Below, piece after piece: positions 37,029-50,899 of a stretch of 64,000 nucleotides of DNA (position 1 is its first letter; the number at the start of each line of letters is the position of its first letter). Both the position numbers and the translations under genes were made by a program. Under the pieces are notes generated by a model. That model was not told the DNA's origin. It ran no database searches and saw nothing but the letters and a program-made list of their open reading frames with translations. This DNA is from Octopus vulgaris (lineage: Eukaryota), in NCBI GenBank assembly GCA_951406725.2, contig OX597814.1, positions 13,330,001-13,394,000 of the forward strand, written 5' to 3'.

Positions 37029-37033
<5 letters not shown>
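36100..37033. repeat. Hammerhead-bearing PLE pLTR-like remnant (minus strand) with an internal tandem duplication and a ~280-bp inverted duplication across (TA)n
   Basis: 36165-36290 is homologous to 17088-17195. About 36219-36297 is repeated at about 36312-36390. 36378-36668 is the reverse complement of 36761-37033. Confidence 0.8.
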
Positions 37034-37123
<90 letters not shown>

Positions 37124-37125
<2 letters not shown>

Positions 37126-37334
37126 GCGGCGAGCTGGCAGAATCGTTAGCACGCCGGGCGAAATGCTGAGCGGTATTACGTTCTGAGTTCAAATTCCGCC
37201 GAGGTCGACTTTGCCTTTCATCCTTTCGGGGTCGATAAATTAAGTACCAGTTACGCACTGGGGTCGATGTAATTGACTTAATCTCCTTGTCTGTCCTCTC
37301 TGTGTTTAGCCCCTTGTGGGTAGTACAGAAATAA

Positions 37335-37335
<1 letters not shown>
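37124..37335 (+). mobile_element. tRNA-derived SINE (GGCGGCGAGCTGGCAGAA family)
   Basis: A-box-like TGGCAGAATCG, B-box GAGTTCAAATTCC, body GTCGACTTTGCCTTTCATCCTTTCGGGGTCGATAAA. Confidence 0.85.
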
Positions 37336-37380
<45 letters not shown>

Positions 37381-38915
37381 ATAAAGCAATGACAAACTGC
37401 TTGCACATCTGGGCAAGTCTTTCTACTACACTGTTAAGTAGGATCTCATCATATAAAATGTAGACGTGGTTCATTAATTGTAAGAGACACAATAAACTTA
37501 GCTTGCAAGTGTTCAATTGTCTTTTTTATTATTATTAGTTTTATGGTAGTTGTAACAGAAATCAGACATTCTCGTATCTCTACCACTTCTCTAACCAACT
37601 AAGTAGTCTGTTCATCTCTCGTAACTCTCACTGCTTCCATCCCTACCTCCGTATATTAATCACGATGCTAGACATTTTACTGCACCATTATTATCGAATC
37701 TCTACCTACTCCTTCCCATCTTAATGTGTTCTGTGCGGCTGTTACTGTGTGGTGACACTCAGAAACGTACAAGAGATCTGTGGCCATTTTTATATGCAAA
37801 ATGGCATGGAAAATCCATTTCTGGCATTTTTTTCGTTGAATTAGGCATGGTTTCTACAGAATTGTCACTGTATGCCCTTGATGTCATTATTATTAAATAA
37901 AATCATCTACCGCATTGTAAAATAGATTTCAACCTAGGGCTAGAGACCAATCTTAGTAACACCTACAATGTGATATGATAAATAGCACAGTAACGGTTAA
38001 GGGACTTCATGTATTCCATTTTCTATGAAGAACAATAGACGTTTTCTACAAATTAGAGATTACATTCAATAAACAAAAAAACAAATGTGATCGTCACGGA
38101 TGGAAGGTAGGATCCCGATATTTTCTTGTATTTTTTAGTATATAATGCTTTTTTTTAATTAAAAAAATAATGAAACAGTGTGCATAAAGTATCAGAGACA
38201 TGAACCAAGTGGTGGAAATATGTAATACTTCACCAAAAAAGATGTAAATGAAAACATGAAGTGCAAGCCTATCCTGGTGTTCCAAGAATTTTGTGAAGAT
38301 TGTCCTTTTATATCGAAATGTCATGCTGAGAACTTTATTTGTTCGTCAGTGAATGTGTTACATCGTCAGAATATAGTTATTTCTGGTTTGATATTTGACA
38401 TTGGTCTTGTTATGAAAGTCCAAGAATGTAATATTGAAATAGAAATCCTAAGACAAATCAGCTGATGGCATCCACCCAGCCATGGGCTTAACAGCTGAAT
38501 TTGTTGCTCGTGAATTTGACTAGTGTAAGATGTCGTCAGTTTATATTTATTTCTTCTTTCATTTTTTTATTGGTTTTGTTAGCTCATAAGAAGTGTGAGA
38601 GACAAAAACTATGTAACTCTAAGAATGTAATATTGGAATAGCAACAAGAAAGCCAAAGATATTTTACAAGTGTTACCCAAGAAGTTTGTTTGTTATATGG
38701 CGTACATTGTCTCACTGATTTGTCATTTGTTTCAGTTTAAAAATCCCTAATTTACATGTAAAATTTAATTTGAGATGCTCCCCTTAAAATCATATTTTCT
38801 GGTTTATTATTATGTGCTTATATTAAATTAAGTTTATCAATAAATTCTTTATAATCTAAAGCTTGTGTTTAATGTTATTTTTTATCTTTCAGATCTTATT
38901 TGTTTTCAAAAATTA

Positions 38916-40075
38916 ATGCAAGACTGCAAAAATTATTCAAACAGATTCTGCTATATCTGTGGGGAATTAACTTTTGCTAAAGAGAAGCGTAGTATTACAC
39001 GCCATATCAAGAAAATATACGAGGCGTACTTCGATTGTTATCTAGGAAGCCAGGATAAGTCATGGACTCCTCATGTGTGTTGCCTTACATGTGTGAAGAC
39101 ACTGAGTGCCTGGTATGCACGAAAAAAAATGTTCACATGAAATTTGGTGTGCCAATGATTTGGCTTGAGTAGAAATATCACTCTAATGATTGCTATTTCT
39201 GTCACCATGACTTAACAGCCTGTACTACTGCAAATAAAAAGAACCACATTGTTTACCCAAATTTGCAATAAGCAATGCGCCCAGTAGAGCACACAGGAAA
39301 TTTTACCAGTACCCAAACCTCCAGATCAAAAATGTAGTGCTGGTGAATATTCCAGTGGTGAATGTGTTGAGCCCAATGATCCAGAAAGCGAGAATACACC
39401 AATACCATTTTCTTAAGAGGCTTTAAATGACTTGTGCAGGGATCTCTACTTAACCAAAGAGAGAAGTGAATTTCAGGCATCAAGGCTTCAAGAATGTAAT
39501 CTTCTTGAGAAAGGAGTGAAGATAACAATGTACAGAAGAGGTACAGAGGATCTACTTGCATTATTCACCATGAAGGATGATTTATGCTTTTGTAATGACA
39601 TCACTGAACTTTTTGAGCAACTGGAAATACCATATGATAAAACCAACTGGCGACTTTTCATAGATGCATCCAAGGACAGCATCTAGCTGTTCTATTACAC
39701 AATGGTAACATTCTGCCTTCTGTTCCCATAGCTTATAGAACAACCATGAAAGAATCGTATGAAAATCTGAAAGCAATTAAAACAAGCATGCTGTATGATG
39801 ACCATACCTGGCACATTTGTGCAGATTTTAAGGTTGTGACTATGCTTACTGGCCTTCAGCTTGGCTATACTACATTTTGCTGCGTCCTGTGCTTATGGAA
39901 TTCCAGAGTAATGCTGAACATTATGTACGCAAGGATTGGCCGATCCGAAATGAAATTTAGCAAGGAAAACACATCATGCACGGCACACCTGTGAAAAGTG
40001 ATAGAATTGTTTATTTTTTACCACCTTTGCATATCAAATTTGATTTGTTTAAGCAATTTGTGAAAGCTTTGGACA
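38916..40075 (+). mobile_element. Chapaev (CMC superfamily) transposase pseudogene, C-terminally truncated
   Basis: FCYICG, QDKSWTPHVCCLTC, HSNDCYFC, LNDLCRDLYL, WRLFIDASK, LLHNGN, GLQLGYT.FCCVLCLW, LPPLHIK..LFKQFVKALD. Element ends are uncertain (about 38094-40207). Confidence 0.8.
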
Positions 40076-40216
40076 TGGAACCCTTCGAAAAACAGCTGCG
40101 ACATAAGCCACCTATTTCTATTTCAACATTTTCGAAAATTAATGTAAATGGAAACTGGCTAAATCTTTAAATATATAATACAAACAAAAAATTATCTAAT
40201 CTCAGTGCATTATCAA

Positions 40217-40342
<126 letters not shown>

Positions 40343-41379
40343 ATATATGTATGTATGTATGTATGTATATATGTATATGCCCATGGTTGATTTGGTACGA
40401 ACACGTGTATATTTACATACAGATGTATGTATCTATTCAACATTATTCAAGCGACATTAGAGAGAACACATTGTTTGTGAGTTGAGAGACAGACATCTCC
40501 ATTTCAGATCAAAATGTATATAAGTATTAACAAATATTCGCGACTTATAAAACAGATGAAGAAGTAAAAGACGCATTCAGGCATAAACAAAATAATCTCA
40601 TACGAGTGCTGTTTATTTATAAATAATTAGTATTTATAAAAATGTAAATGACATTCGAGCTATCGAAGAATTCGTAGAACTTTTAACATTGAATTTAAAT
40701 TAATTTTTATAATTTTGTTTTATAGTTGAAGTTTCAGCGGATTCGGGTTTATATTACACCTGTGTTGATAATAAAATAAATTCCAATTATTTTTGTGATT
40801 TCAACTTAATTGAAACTCAACTTACCGTTAACACATTCGCAAACATAAGAAACGCATTAGAAAACATGTGTATCGTAATAAAATATAGGCATCTAAGGAA
40901 AATGACCGGCTATGTAAGAATATATGTTAAATATATTCAATGTAAAGATATTTCCACTTCTGTATCATTATAATTGAAGAACGCGTCTCCCATTTTTTTA
41001 CATTTAAATACACGCGCCGGTGATATCCATCCTCCCCTTCATATTTGCTTAAAAGTATTCCCAACTGGTTGCAAAAATATCATTGGTTTTATTAAACAGA
41101 AGTAACTCAGCTAAATACGGTATACACCTTTAATTGGCGATAATTAATTCCCGATGCATCAACATTAAGTATAAATAATATATTACAAAATTGCTAGCAA
41201 AGGAAATACAGGGCAGTTGCGAATATTCATCAGGGCTAAATTTAACGATTGTTTTCATACCTCCCCTTTTAGGAACCGCTTGATATAGTAGAGAACAGTC
41301 AACTGTGTTGGAGGAACATAAAGATTAACGTTGAAGTTGAGAAAATGTTAGCTCCTATGTAGGACTAGAAACCATCTGA

Positions 41380-41780
41380 ATGATGGAGAAGCGTTTCCTG
41401 TATTGTGATGATTCACCCTGGATATCAAAACGCTGATATTATGACTGCTGCTTAGTGTTTTGTGAACACTGGAGAAGCCTTAAGACGCAACAAGAACAAG
41501 TGCAAGTGTGGTCTCACTGCGTCAGCAAGCCGGAGTTCATAACGTCATCTTTGATGAGATCTTCAGACTCAATTCAGGCAATCACGTGACGCTGCTGGCG
41601 AGTGTGGTCAATAGTTGGGTGGAGAGGGTCGCTACTGGAAGGCCGTATGTGTGACAGCAGGATTCGTCTCCTTGCTATACCTTCAGAATTGACTGTTGAA
41701 GAATTTCTACAACTTTACTAGACGCAATTTCAGGCCTTCTAATTCTCCCGATTGTAATCCCGTGGAAGATTATGTGTGCC
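41380..41780 (+). mobile_element. Degraded maT/Tc1-mariner transposase fragment
   Basis: WVERVATGRPYV*QQDSSPC and PSNSPDCNP. Confidence 0.7.
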
Positions 41781-42547
41781 CCGTTATTCCTTAACGGAGG
41801 TTTCTTTGTTTCTGTTTTATAAAATTTCCTGTTTCTCAGGATTTCGCTACTTTCTATGCATCAGTGTACTTTTATAATATTAGGAAATACAAAATGAATA
41901 GTGTCTGTGAATGGAAAGTATTTATAAAACTAAACATGTGCGTTTTAATCTCATCAGGAAATATCAGAACTCCTTTATTTCCAAAAGAACCTTGTTCATG
42001 CAATGTATTAACTATTATTATTAAGTTAGTCGAAAATGTTTTCAGGCTCTCACCTACCGAACAATTTCTGTTAAATTCAGAGAATCAAACAGACATAGCA
42101 ATGATAAAACTATGTTGAAGTGATAGAAAAGATTGCCCTCATCATGCAAACCGCCGCCTGTTTCAATGTTAGTTCTAGCTTATAATTTAAACGGAAATAT
42201 GAACAGCTGATCCAGAAAACTGGTATATATCAGTATATGTTAGCTGTCATATAACATGGTCACAAAACATGTGCTAACATTTCACACGATTTACCGAATC
42301 CATGAAGATAGTCAAGAGACGAGGGAACATAAGTCAGAAAATATGCATTATTCTCCTTTGTGAATGGATGAGGTCACACGCGGAAAAGATGAATTTAAGT
42401 CTGGATGTCTTGACATCAATAGTTGAGGATATCTAACATGAAATCGAAGCAGTCAAAATGAATATCAATTTAGACACACCAACGTTAAATGCTTCTTTAA
42501 TGTATCTACGTAGATCTTTGTTTTACATAAATACAAATATCATTAGA

Positions 42548-42750
42548 AACAGCAGAATTGTTAACAAGTCGGGGAAAATACTTAACGGTATTTTGTTTGG
42601 TTCTACGTTCTGAGCTCAAATGCCACTGACGTCGACTCTTCCTTTTTACTCAATGAAATGGGAAACCTTTGAACACGGGCCTTTGTAATCGATTTACTCC
42701 CGCCCCGAAATTATTGTCCTTCTACCAATATTCGTAACTGTTACAAGAAA
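42548..42750 (+). mobile_element. Degraded SINE of the 37124 family
   Basis: GCAGAATTGTTA...TACGTTCTGAGCTCAAAT...GTCGACT. Confidence 0.6.
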
Positions 42751-42968
42751 TGAATAAGATTATCATGCTAAATGAGATATATATACACAGTAGTAACTCG
42801 GTTTATGATCACAATTAAATCATGCGTTATACACACACATATGTAAGTATGTATGTATCTATATATCTAAATACATACGTACATAAAAACATACACACAG
42901 ACATATATATATATATATATGATGCACGATTTATTTGTGCTCAGAGGAGCGCGGAAACCGAGGTACTA

Positions 42969-43066
<98 letters not shown>

Positions 43067-43099
43067 ATTCACCACAGAAAATAAATATAAAATGAAAGA

Positions 43100-43445
43100 A
43101 GGAGAATTCACACAGTTTGCATAGTTTTAATGTGTTTTTAAATATATTTTGTGAGTGAAAGAATAATGTGCTTTCGACCAGTTTCGCGTTCTCTAATCAT
43201 GATATGGAAATTATTGTAATTTCGTATTGTTTTAAGATTTCAGTCCATGTTGTGTGTCAGAGTTTGTGTATGGGAGTTTCATTCCCAAACTACATACACA
43301 ACATGGACACTGAAGAAAATACGAAATTACAATAATTTCAGTGTCATGATTAGCGAAAGCGAAACCGGTCGCCAAACACATACACTTTCTCTTATAAAAT
43401 ATAAGGAAAAATATAATAAATTTATGCCAATTGTGTGGAAACTCA
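43100..43445. repeat. Diverged fold-back with a minimal hammerhead-like motif in each arm, between (TA)n arrays
   Basis: Right arm AATACGAAATTACAATAATTTC...CATGATTAGCGAAAGCGAAACCGGTCG. Left arm on the minus strand AATACGAAATTACAATAATTTC...CATGATTAGAGAACGCGAAACTGGTCG. Centre GTCCATGTTGTGT/ACACAACATGGAC. Confidence 0.75.
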
Positions 43446-43504
43446 CCACGTGGGGATAATCGAAACGTACCTCCTCCCATTTTCTTACCATGTATATATA
43501 TATT

Positions 43505-43544
<40 letters not shown>

Positions 43545-43681
43545 CGTGTGTGTGTATGTATATATACTGATATTAGGATGATTACAACTCAATGTAAAAG
43601 AAAAACAGAAGTATGACATCATATCGATACGTCTCTCTCTCCCTCTCTTACACGCTCACACACTTATGTATGTATACTCAT

Positions 43682-43724
<43 letters not shown>

Positions 43725-43923
43725 TTGGGTTCCTGCTTTTAAGTTTTCCGAGAGTAGGAACACTAAAAGACCGTTGCAATAAGTGTGTGAATCCCAGAGG
43801 GGAATATGGTGTATGAAATTCTAATTATCTGATCCTACTGCATTTTCCTTTAACGAAAGATGGGACCTTTTCTGTACAATCTGTGTGTGTCGTATGTATG
43901 TATAATACGCATATATATATATG

Positions 43924-44099
43924 TCCTCTGTCCTCCCTTCTTGGGATCTTTCCTTCTCCTTGTTTCCGACGAAGAGCTCCGCTCGAAACGTTAAACTCTC
44001 CTTCCCTTCTTTCCTGAGCGTCAATAATACTTTAATTGTTCCACGTCCTGCGTTGCTGTGTTTTTTTTCTCTTTTTTCTGTGTTTTCTTGTTTGGATTA

Positions 44100-44102
<3 letters not shown>
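43924..44102 (+). mobile_element. Short TA-embedded PLE terminal remnant with a minimal hammerhead-like motif (43962-43996)
   Basis: gttt-CCGACGA-A-gagc-tcc-gctc-GAAA-CG-TT-aaac, followed by CCTGAGCG as in the 11780 family. Confidence 0.65.
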
Positions 44103-44154
<52 letters not shown>

Positions 44155-45785
44155 TTCCATACACATTAAAACAATATTCAAAAACGTAAATAAAATTAAT
44201 AATATCAGTACGGGAATCAGTGACTTAAATTTGTATAATTTATCTTAATTGTAGTCAACACGAAAATAAAATATGATATAGTCTTAAGATCCCAAATATT
44301 CAAAGTAAAATTTAAAACAAAATCTAGATAACCGCTTTTTCAAAAGAAGGGAGATAAGAATATCGGTAAATCGTTTAGCATTATTCATCTGATAATTAAT
44401 CATAAAAGTAGAAAAATTATGTAATTCCTTTTAAATATACGAAAAATATGAATTAGAAAAAGCTCTCAAGAATTGTTTATTATGTCCATTAGAATGTTGT
44501 TAATTCAGAAAAATGATAAAAATTACAATTAACAAAAACAATATAGGAAAATTTGAGTAGGTGGTTTTTCTAAATATTAAATGACATGAAAACCGCCTCG
44601 TTGTATGATATAAGCAGAGTAGTAGGATAATTGAAAGGCGAGCGTATAGAACGATATATTATAACAGGAAGGGCCGTCAGCTTTTAGACGCCAACACTAT
44701 TAAACAAATAGCTTTTAATAATATGAATACACGATTACTCCAAAAGCATCGAATATATAAATGCCTTATAAATGAAACTTTACATATATGAAACTTTGTA
44801 AGAATATCAACATCAATATACAATGCCGTGTATATCAGTTGGAGAAAGGGAAGTTTAGTAATTTAATTTTGAAATGGAATGATTCTGCAAGGTTCCGCCT
44901 TGGATTCCAGCGCGGCGTCCTGGGTATGCATCATCTTTATAGATGATGCATACCCAGCTAAAGCCCTGTGAGTGGATTGTGGATATAGTAGACGATGATA
45001 TAAGGCGATAAAAAACCACAGATATGATTACTTCTCCTACACTATATGACAGTCAATGAATTCTATAATCCGGAATAAGCAATGAGGTACACAATTTTGG
45101 AATCCTTCGATACTTCAGTCTTTCTCACCTTAAACCTCCCTTACAATAAAGGAAATAAAACTTTGAAAGCACCATTAGCTTCTTATCAACTAACACCTAG
45201 GGCGTCTCATATATATATACATACATACATACATACATACATACATACACACACAGACACACACACACACGCATATATATATATAAATGTAAACGTACAC
45301 ACACGCATACACACATGCGTTTGAACTGCTTCCTAGAGGTGAAGCTATTTCACTATTATTTTAATGTGCTCCAATGATGTTTTGTAATTATTATGAAGAC
45401 TGTGTGAAGAGAACTTGAAAATTTCTATTTATTGTAGAATTATCATGGTTTACATATGTGACCGCGCGTATAAAAACAAGAGAAGAGTTTTATTTTTTTG
45501 CAATATAATTATATAGAAATTCTAGTTTTTATCATTATTAAAAATCCTAATTTCTTCTTTCGGGACGATTATGTTCACAAAATAATTCCATTTTGTAAAC
45601 AGTAATCATCATTTAACTCATAAAAAATAGAAAGAAAGTCGGTACTATACCAATATACTTATCACAGCAGACACCATTGATAATTTAAGTCTGCAAAAAA
45701 ACTACAGTTAACTGATATAATTAAACTTTATGAAAATGACTTGTCTACCACACCAATCTTTTTTGCGTGTTTCTGAGCATATATA

Positions 45786-45820
<35 letters not shown>

Positions 45821-46129
45821 ACAAAAATAAATATACTCAGAAGATAAGCACATATGTAGTACAGACGTAGGGATATTCATATGTATTCACAGATAAATCC
45901 TTATATAGGGTTGAATATTATACGAAATTAACGGGAGAATGGAAAGATAATCAACTCGTAGGCTGTTTCTAGGTACTCATAATTACGTAATAGTTGTAAC
46001 ACAAGTACGGGGTGCAATGTACAAAACGTTTTGGATATGCAACCAGTAGAAGGATGCATAAAGATTGTAAAGTAATACCGGCTTCTTGTATATATTAGAA
46101 CTAATTTTGTTTATGTGAATCGTTATTTC

Positions 46130-46160
<31 letters not shown>

Positions 46161-46173
46161 CCCCACATATTCA

Positions 46174-46260
<87 letters not shown>

Positions 46261-46299
46261 ATAACACCTACGCAAATTTTATAAACAAAACATTCAAAA

Positions 46300-46755
46300 G
46301 AGATATTTTCATGAATTGAACACTGACTACACCATCGGCAGCAGGTCATTTTCGGGGCAGCGCAGCTGACCATTCCATATACTACCGCCTTGGCACACCC
46401 ACATTCTTCTTCTTCTTCTTCTTCTTCTTCTTCTTCTTCTTCTTCTTCTTCTTCTTCTTCTTCTTCTTCTTCTTCTTCTTCTTCTTCTTCTTCTTCTTCT
46501 TCTTCTTCTTCTTCTTCTTCTTCTTCCCTACCAAGAATTCACAACGACCTCGAACCCACAAGAGTAAACAAGAGAGACAGAGACAGGCAGAAAGAAGGAA
46601 AATGCCACTTGTATTTGAACACTATACAAATATTCTTTAAAAAAAAACTTTTCTTTTAATTTTTCCAAATTTCATTGTTTTCCATATTTACTGTTGAAAA
46701 GACTCAATGGCTGGAACCGGTACTGAAATGATTTTTATAAAATTATTATTTTTAT
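46300..46755 (+). mobile_element. Solo 3' UTR/pLTR of the 4281-8420 PLE family, with (TTC)n expansion
   Basis: CCTACCAAGAATTCACAACGACCTCGAACCCACAAG...GTTGAAAAG...CCGGTACTGAAA is colinear with the reverse complement of 6400-6730. (TTC)n at 46404-46526. Confidence 0.8.
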
Positions 46756-47492
46756 AAAATTGTATATATATACACATATGTATGTATATCATAGGTGACT
46801 CCAGGTCATCGGCGTCCCTCGGGATCATCAGAGATTTCGCATAAGAAAAATGCCTGCTCGAAGTATTTCACGTTTCTCCGCAATATTTCTAGCCCCAAAT
46901 GGCTTATTTTTTATATCTAGCACTATGTATTTTTCCATTTCTAAGTTAAGGGAAAAATAAAGCAACCCTGCAAAACACAACTGATTTTCACACTCAGACG
47001 CACTACATTAATTCATTCTTTTCTTCCTTTAGTTGTTTCAGTCATCAGACTGTCGACATTTTGGGACACCACCTTGAAGAATTTTTAATTGAATGAAAAG
47101 AAATATTTACTTAATTTTTGTGCTAACCTTGGAACTTATTCTATCGTTCGCTTTTGGCGAATTGCAAAGAAGCAGCGACATAGAATCATCAGCATTCGTT
47201 ATCTTTTCTTTCTCCGTTTTTATTCATCCTAACAGCTTTTTCATCAATCTCCTCGTTTGTTCTCTTCATAGCTCATGTATTAGCTCCCTGATTTTCAAAC
47301 GGAACAGACCACGGACTCAAAGGCTCAACATTGCTTGGACACACACGGCGTATTATAAAAACTCGTCTAGAAGCATGATTCCACAGAAAGCTACCGTTAT
47401 TAGTTCGTATTTTTTGCCGTGTACATTGAATGATACACACACACATGATATATCTGCATCCATCCATATATACACACATTTATATATATATA

Positions 47493-48270
47493 CAGGGTGC
47501 AGTGAATAAACTGTTTAAATTACGCAAAAACGAAAATAACCTGATATCTCATTTTTACAAATATATTTACCAAAATTACATAAAAATATCTTGTAATATA
47601 CAAGAGTAAATTTATTCAATAAAATCGCCTTTGGCTTCAACTATGGCGTCCAGATGACTTCGGGAGCTCTTGCAGCTCTTCTGGATGGTCTTCTTGAAGT
47701 TGGTGAATGCTGTCATAATCCTTGTATTCAGTTCATCTTTAGTGTTACAAGGAATTTTGTTGGTCTCTCACTCACCTGCGACCCACACATGATGATCAAG
47801 AGGGTTGCAGTCTGAGAAGTTATATGGCTAGATTTTCGGGGTGGTGTAGTCGCAGAAATTGTCTGACAGCCATGGCTGGGATCTTCTGCTTGTGTGGCAT
47901 GGCGTCGAGTCCTATTGTCACACATAGGGTCTTCCAGTGGCCATGCTGTTTACCTAGGGCCGCTCTACCTCCTCCAGGCACTTGGTGTAGGCCTCGTGTT
48001 TAGTCTGAGGCCGTGTTGGAAGATGAATGGAGGCATAACGTCACCATCACTAGTGATCACTCCAGAACCATGACGTCCTCAAATTGCACTGCCCTCAAAT
48101 TGACATCCAAACACTCTGAAATCTTCGTATTGGAGCTTCTGGGGCGAATGCCAAGCAGCATAGCATGTCGTTTCCAAATTTCTGGCAGAGTGAATTGCGT
48201 CATTGTGTTGATTCTCAAACAGACTCTACTGAACTGTGTAGTCGTCAAAATCAAATGTTCATTCACGATA
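47493..48270 (-). mobile_element. maT/Tc1-mariner remnant (same family as 10150-10935)
   Basis: TA|CAGGGTGCAGTGA terminus. The minus strand reads GVITSDGDVMPPFIF...GRPYV*Q*DSTPCHTSRRSQPWLSDNFCD...DCNPLD. Confidence 0.85.
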
Positions 48271-49329
48271 TAAAAACTATAAGTTTACGACAAGTTAACA
48301 ATCGAAACCTGTAAAATATATGTGTGTTTGTGCGTGTGCGCGTGTATGCGTGTGTGTGTGTGTTTGTGAATGGGTGTGTGTGCTTGTGTATAAAGTAGCC
48401 GTCAACCACACATAATTTGATTTTCTGCAATAGCAATAGAATGAACATAGATCTTACCTCAAACCAAAATAAGTAAGATAGATTTTTATTTATACGTCAA
48501 ATGAAGAGGTGCCAATTTGTGAATTCAAACGTGGTTGAAATAAATTGGTTCTCTCTATTGAAGATATATCTATTGAATTTCTCGAAGTCTAAACAACATC
48601 AGGTAGCAGAAAGATGTGCTCTCTCCTAAGAACCGTATATTACGAAAGGCCCTAAGAAAAATCAATGGCAAACAATAGTAATCGCTTTCAGTAATGAGAT
48701 GGAAGTACACCGGTTTAACATTCCTGAAGTGTCATTTGCATAAGTTTACTGCTTAACCCTATATCTTCATGATCACGAAACGCTCTTAAATCATGATATA
48801 TATTTTCATGATACTGGCTCATACACAATGTCCATAATCGGTTACGTTTTATGTTTCCCGCAGAATGTCAATATATTTCTACATGACACATCATTAATAT
48901 AAATACCAGTAACATGCAATGCGGCAAAAAAGTTAAACAAAATTATTGCAAACTAATGACTGGAATAAAAATTTTACTCTTTATTAGTATAGAAAACGTT
49001 TCACGCCTAGACTTATATATTTGATATCTATTGTAACGAAGCAAAAGTTTGTAATGCGTTTGTATTTCCAATAAGGGCATTATTAACCAGAAATAAGATT
49101 TTTCATTGCAGTACAATAGCAATGGAAATTATTACACTACAGCGGTCACAAATTTATATATTCTTACCGGCATATTTATATGCTGGTTAGAATTTGTCAA
49201 TTTGTATTAGGAGTCATGCATATTGCCCTAAATTTGTAATGATAAAAATGGGAATAATCAACAAGGAGAAATTGTCAGGTTTGTTATTACTTAGAGCAGC
49301 TATCATTATCTTTGTTTGAGAAACAGCTG

Positions 49330-50330
49330 TAAATTTCAGTCATTTACGTGTCGCAGTTAAGTATTAACTCCTATACTTGTAATTTTCAGTAAGAGCTGAG
49401 ATTGTATTAACAACCGAGTAACTTTTATTCTCTGCTCTAGGGTGATGCACGTGAGGCAATCGCATCACCTTTCGGATACTGACATCACTTTTGATCTCAG
49501 AGAGAGACCAGTTTATTATATTGAATCTGTATGTGATTATAGGCGTGGGCAATACGTTTTATAGCTGTAGCATTTGTTTCTTACATTTAGTTCGATTTTC
49601 AGAATCGTTCTAGGGTGATGCACCCGAGGCAATCGCATCGCCTTTCGGATACTGACATCACTTTTGATCTCAGCGAGAGACCAGTTTATTATATTGAATC
49701 TGCATGTGATTATAGGCGTGGGCAATACGTTTTATAGCTGTAGCATTTGTTTCTTACATTTAGTTCGATTTTCAGAATCGTTCTTACTCTTTGGTAGCAT
49801 TCTGTTTTTATGTTTTCTCTAATTAGTGAGTAGTCCATTCCATCTTCTCCAGACACTGCTAGACATTTATAACTGCATTGAGGTTCTAATTATTTTATCT
49901 CGGTCTAGAGTGATTTGCAGGGTTTTTTAAAAAATTTTTTTTGCGGGGCCTAGGAGCTGAAATTCCAGTTTGATGTTGTCACTAAATTGCTTGATTGTTC
50001 GTGGGAGTGCTTGGACATTTTTTTGTGAACAGCTTCAAATTATCTATATAGAGGAGATGATTTATTATAATTCAGTAAATGCTGTATCATAAATTGTTTC
50101 ATTCAGGAATTTACTTAAAGGGAATAGTGCTACGCAGAATAACAAAGGAGATAATGAATTTCCTTGATGGATATTACAATTCATATTGAGCTGTCCAGCT
50201 TTTCTTTTTATAGTCTCAGTGTCGGGAGTCATTGTATTTTCGAAGAGCTTCGTGGTGTGAATTACGAAATTCCTCATTACTGGTGAAATTTTGAACATCT
50301 CCGAGCATTCTTTTTTCTAGCTGTGAGAAA
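49330..50330 (-). mobile_element. Degraded R4/Dong-like LINE RT fragment with a 173-bp tandem duplication
   Basis: IHQGNSLSPLLFCVALFPLSK and PIITYRFNIINWSLSEI. The latter segment is duplicated (track ORFs starting at 49552 and 49725). Confidence 0.7.
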
Positions 50331-50459
50331 AACAATTAAAACCTTCATTCCAGGTCACTAAGAGTGTTTCTTTCCTGTTGTGAAAATCATTATTATTATC
50401 GTTATTTTATTTCTCATAGTTCTCAGTCATAATTGCTCTAGTTCATTCTGTGAGAGCAT

Positions 50460-50526
50460 TCTTCTTCTTCCTCCCCCTCCTCCTCCTCCTATTCTTCTTC
50501 TTCTTCTTCTTCTTCTTCTTCTTCTT

Positions 50527-50594
<68 letters not shown>

Positions 50595-50700
50595 CATCAT
50601 CATCATCATCATCATCATCATTATTATTATTATTATTATTATTACTATTATTATTATTATCATCATCATCATCATCGTCATTTTCATCATCCTCTTCTTT
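50460..50700. repeat. Compound microsatellite (CTT)(ATT)(ATC)n
   Basis: Read directly from the sequence. Confidence 0.95.
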
Positions 50701-50899
50701 TAATTCTGTTTCCTTTTCTTGTCGAGGTAGAGGAATACACTGTACACATATACAGACCATTAAATTAAACACACCAGATTCTCTATTAACAAAGTCATAT
50801 GACTGAGAAAGAGGGGAAGAAAGACAGAGAGAAAAAGGGAGAAAATAAAAATAAAGAAAGGTAACAAAGAAAATACAAGGGAAAGAAGGAAAGAAAATT

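Noticed and set aside
44922-44957. Short palindrome GGGTATGCATCATCT-TTAT-AGATGATGCATACCC
   Set aside because: Local fold-back inside a decayed SINE fragment; no evidence of function.
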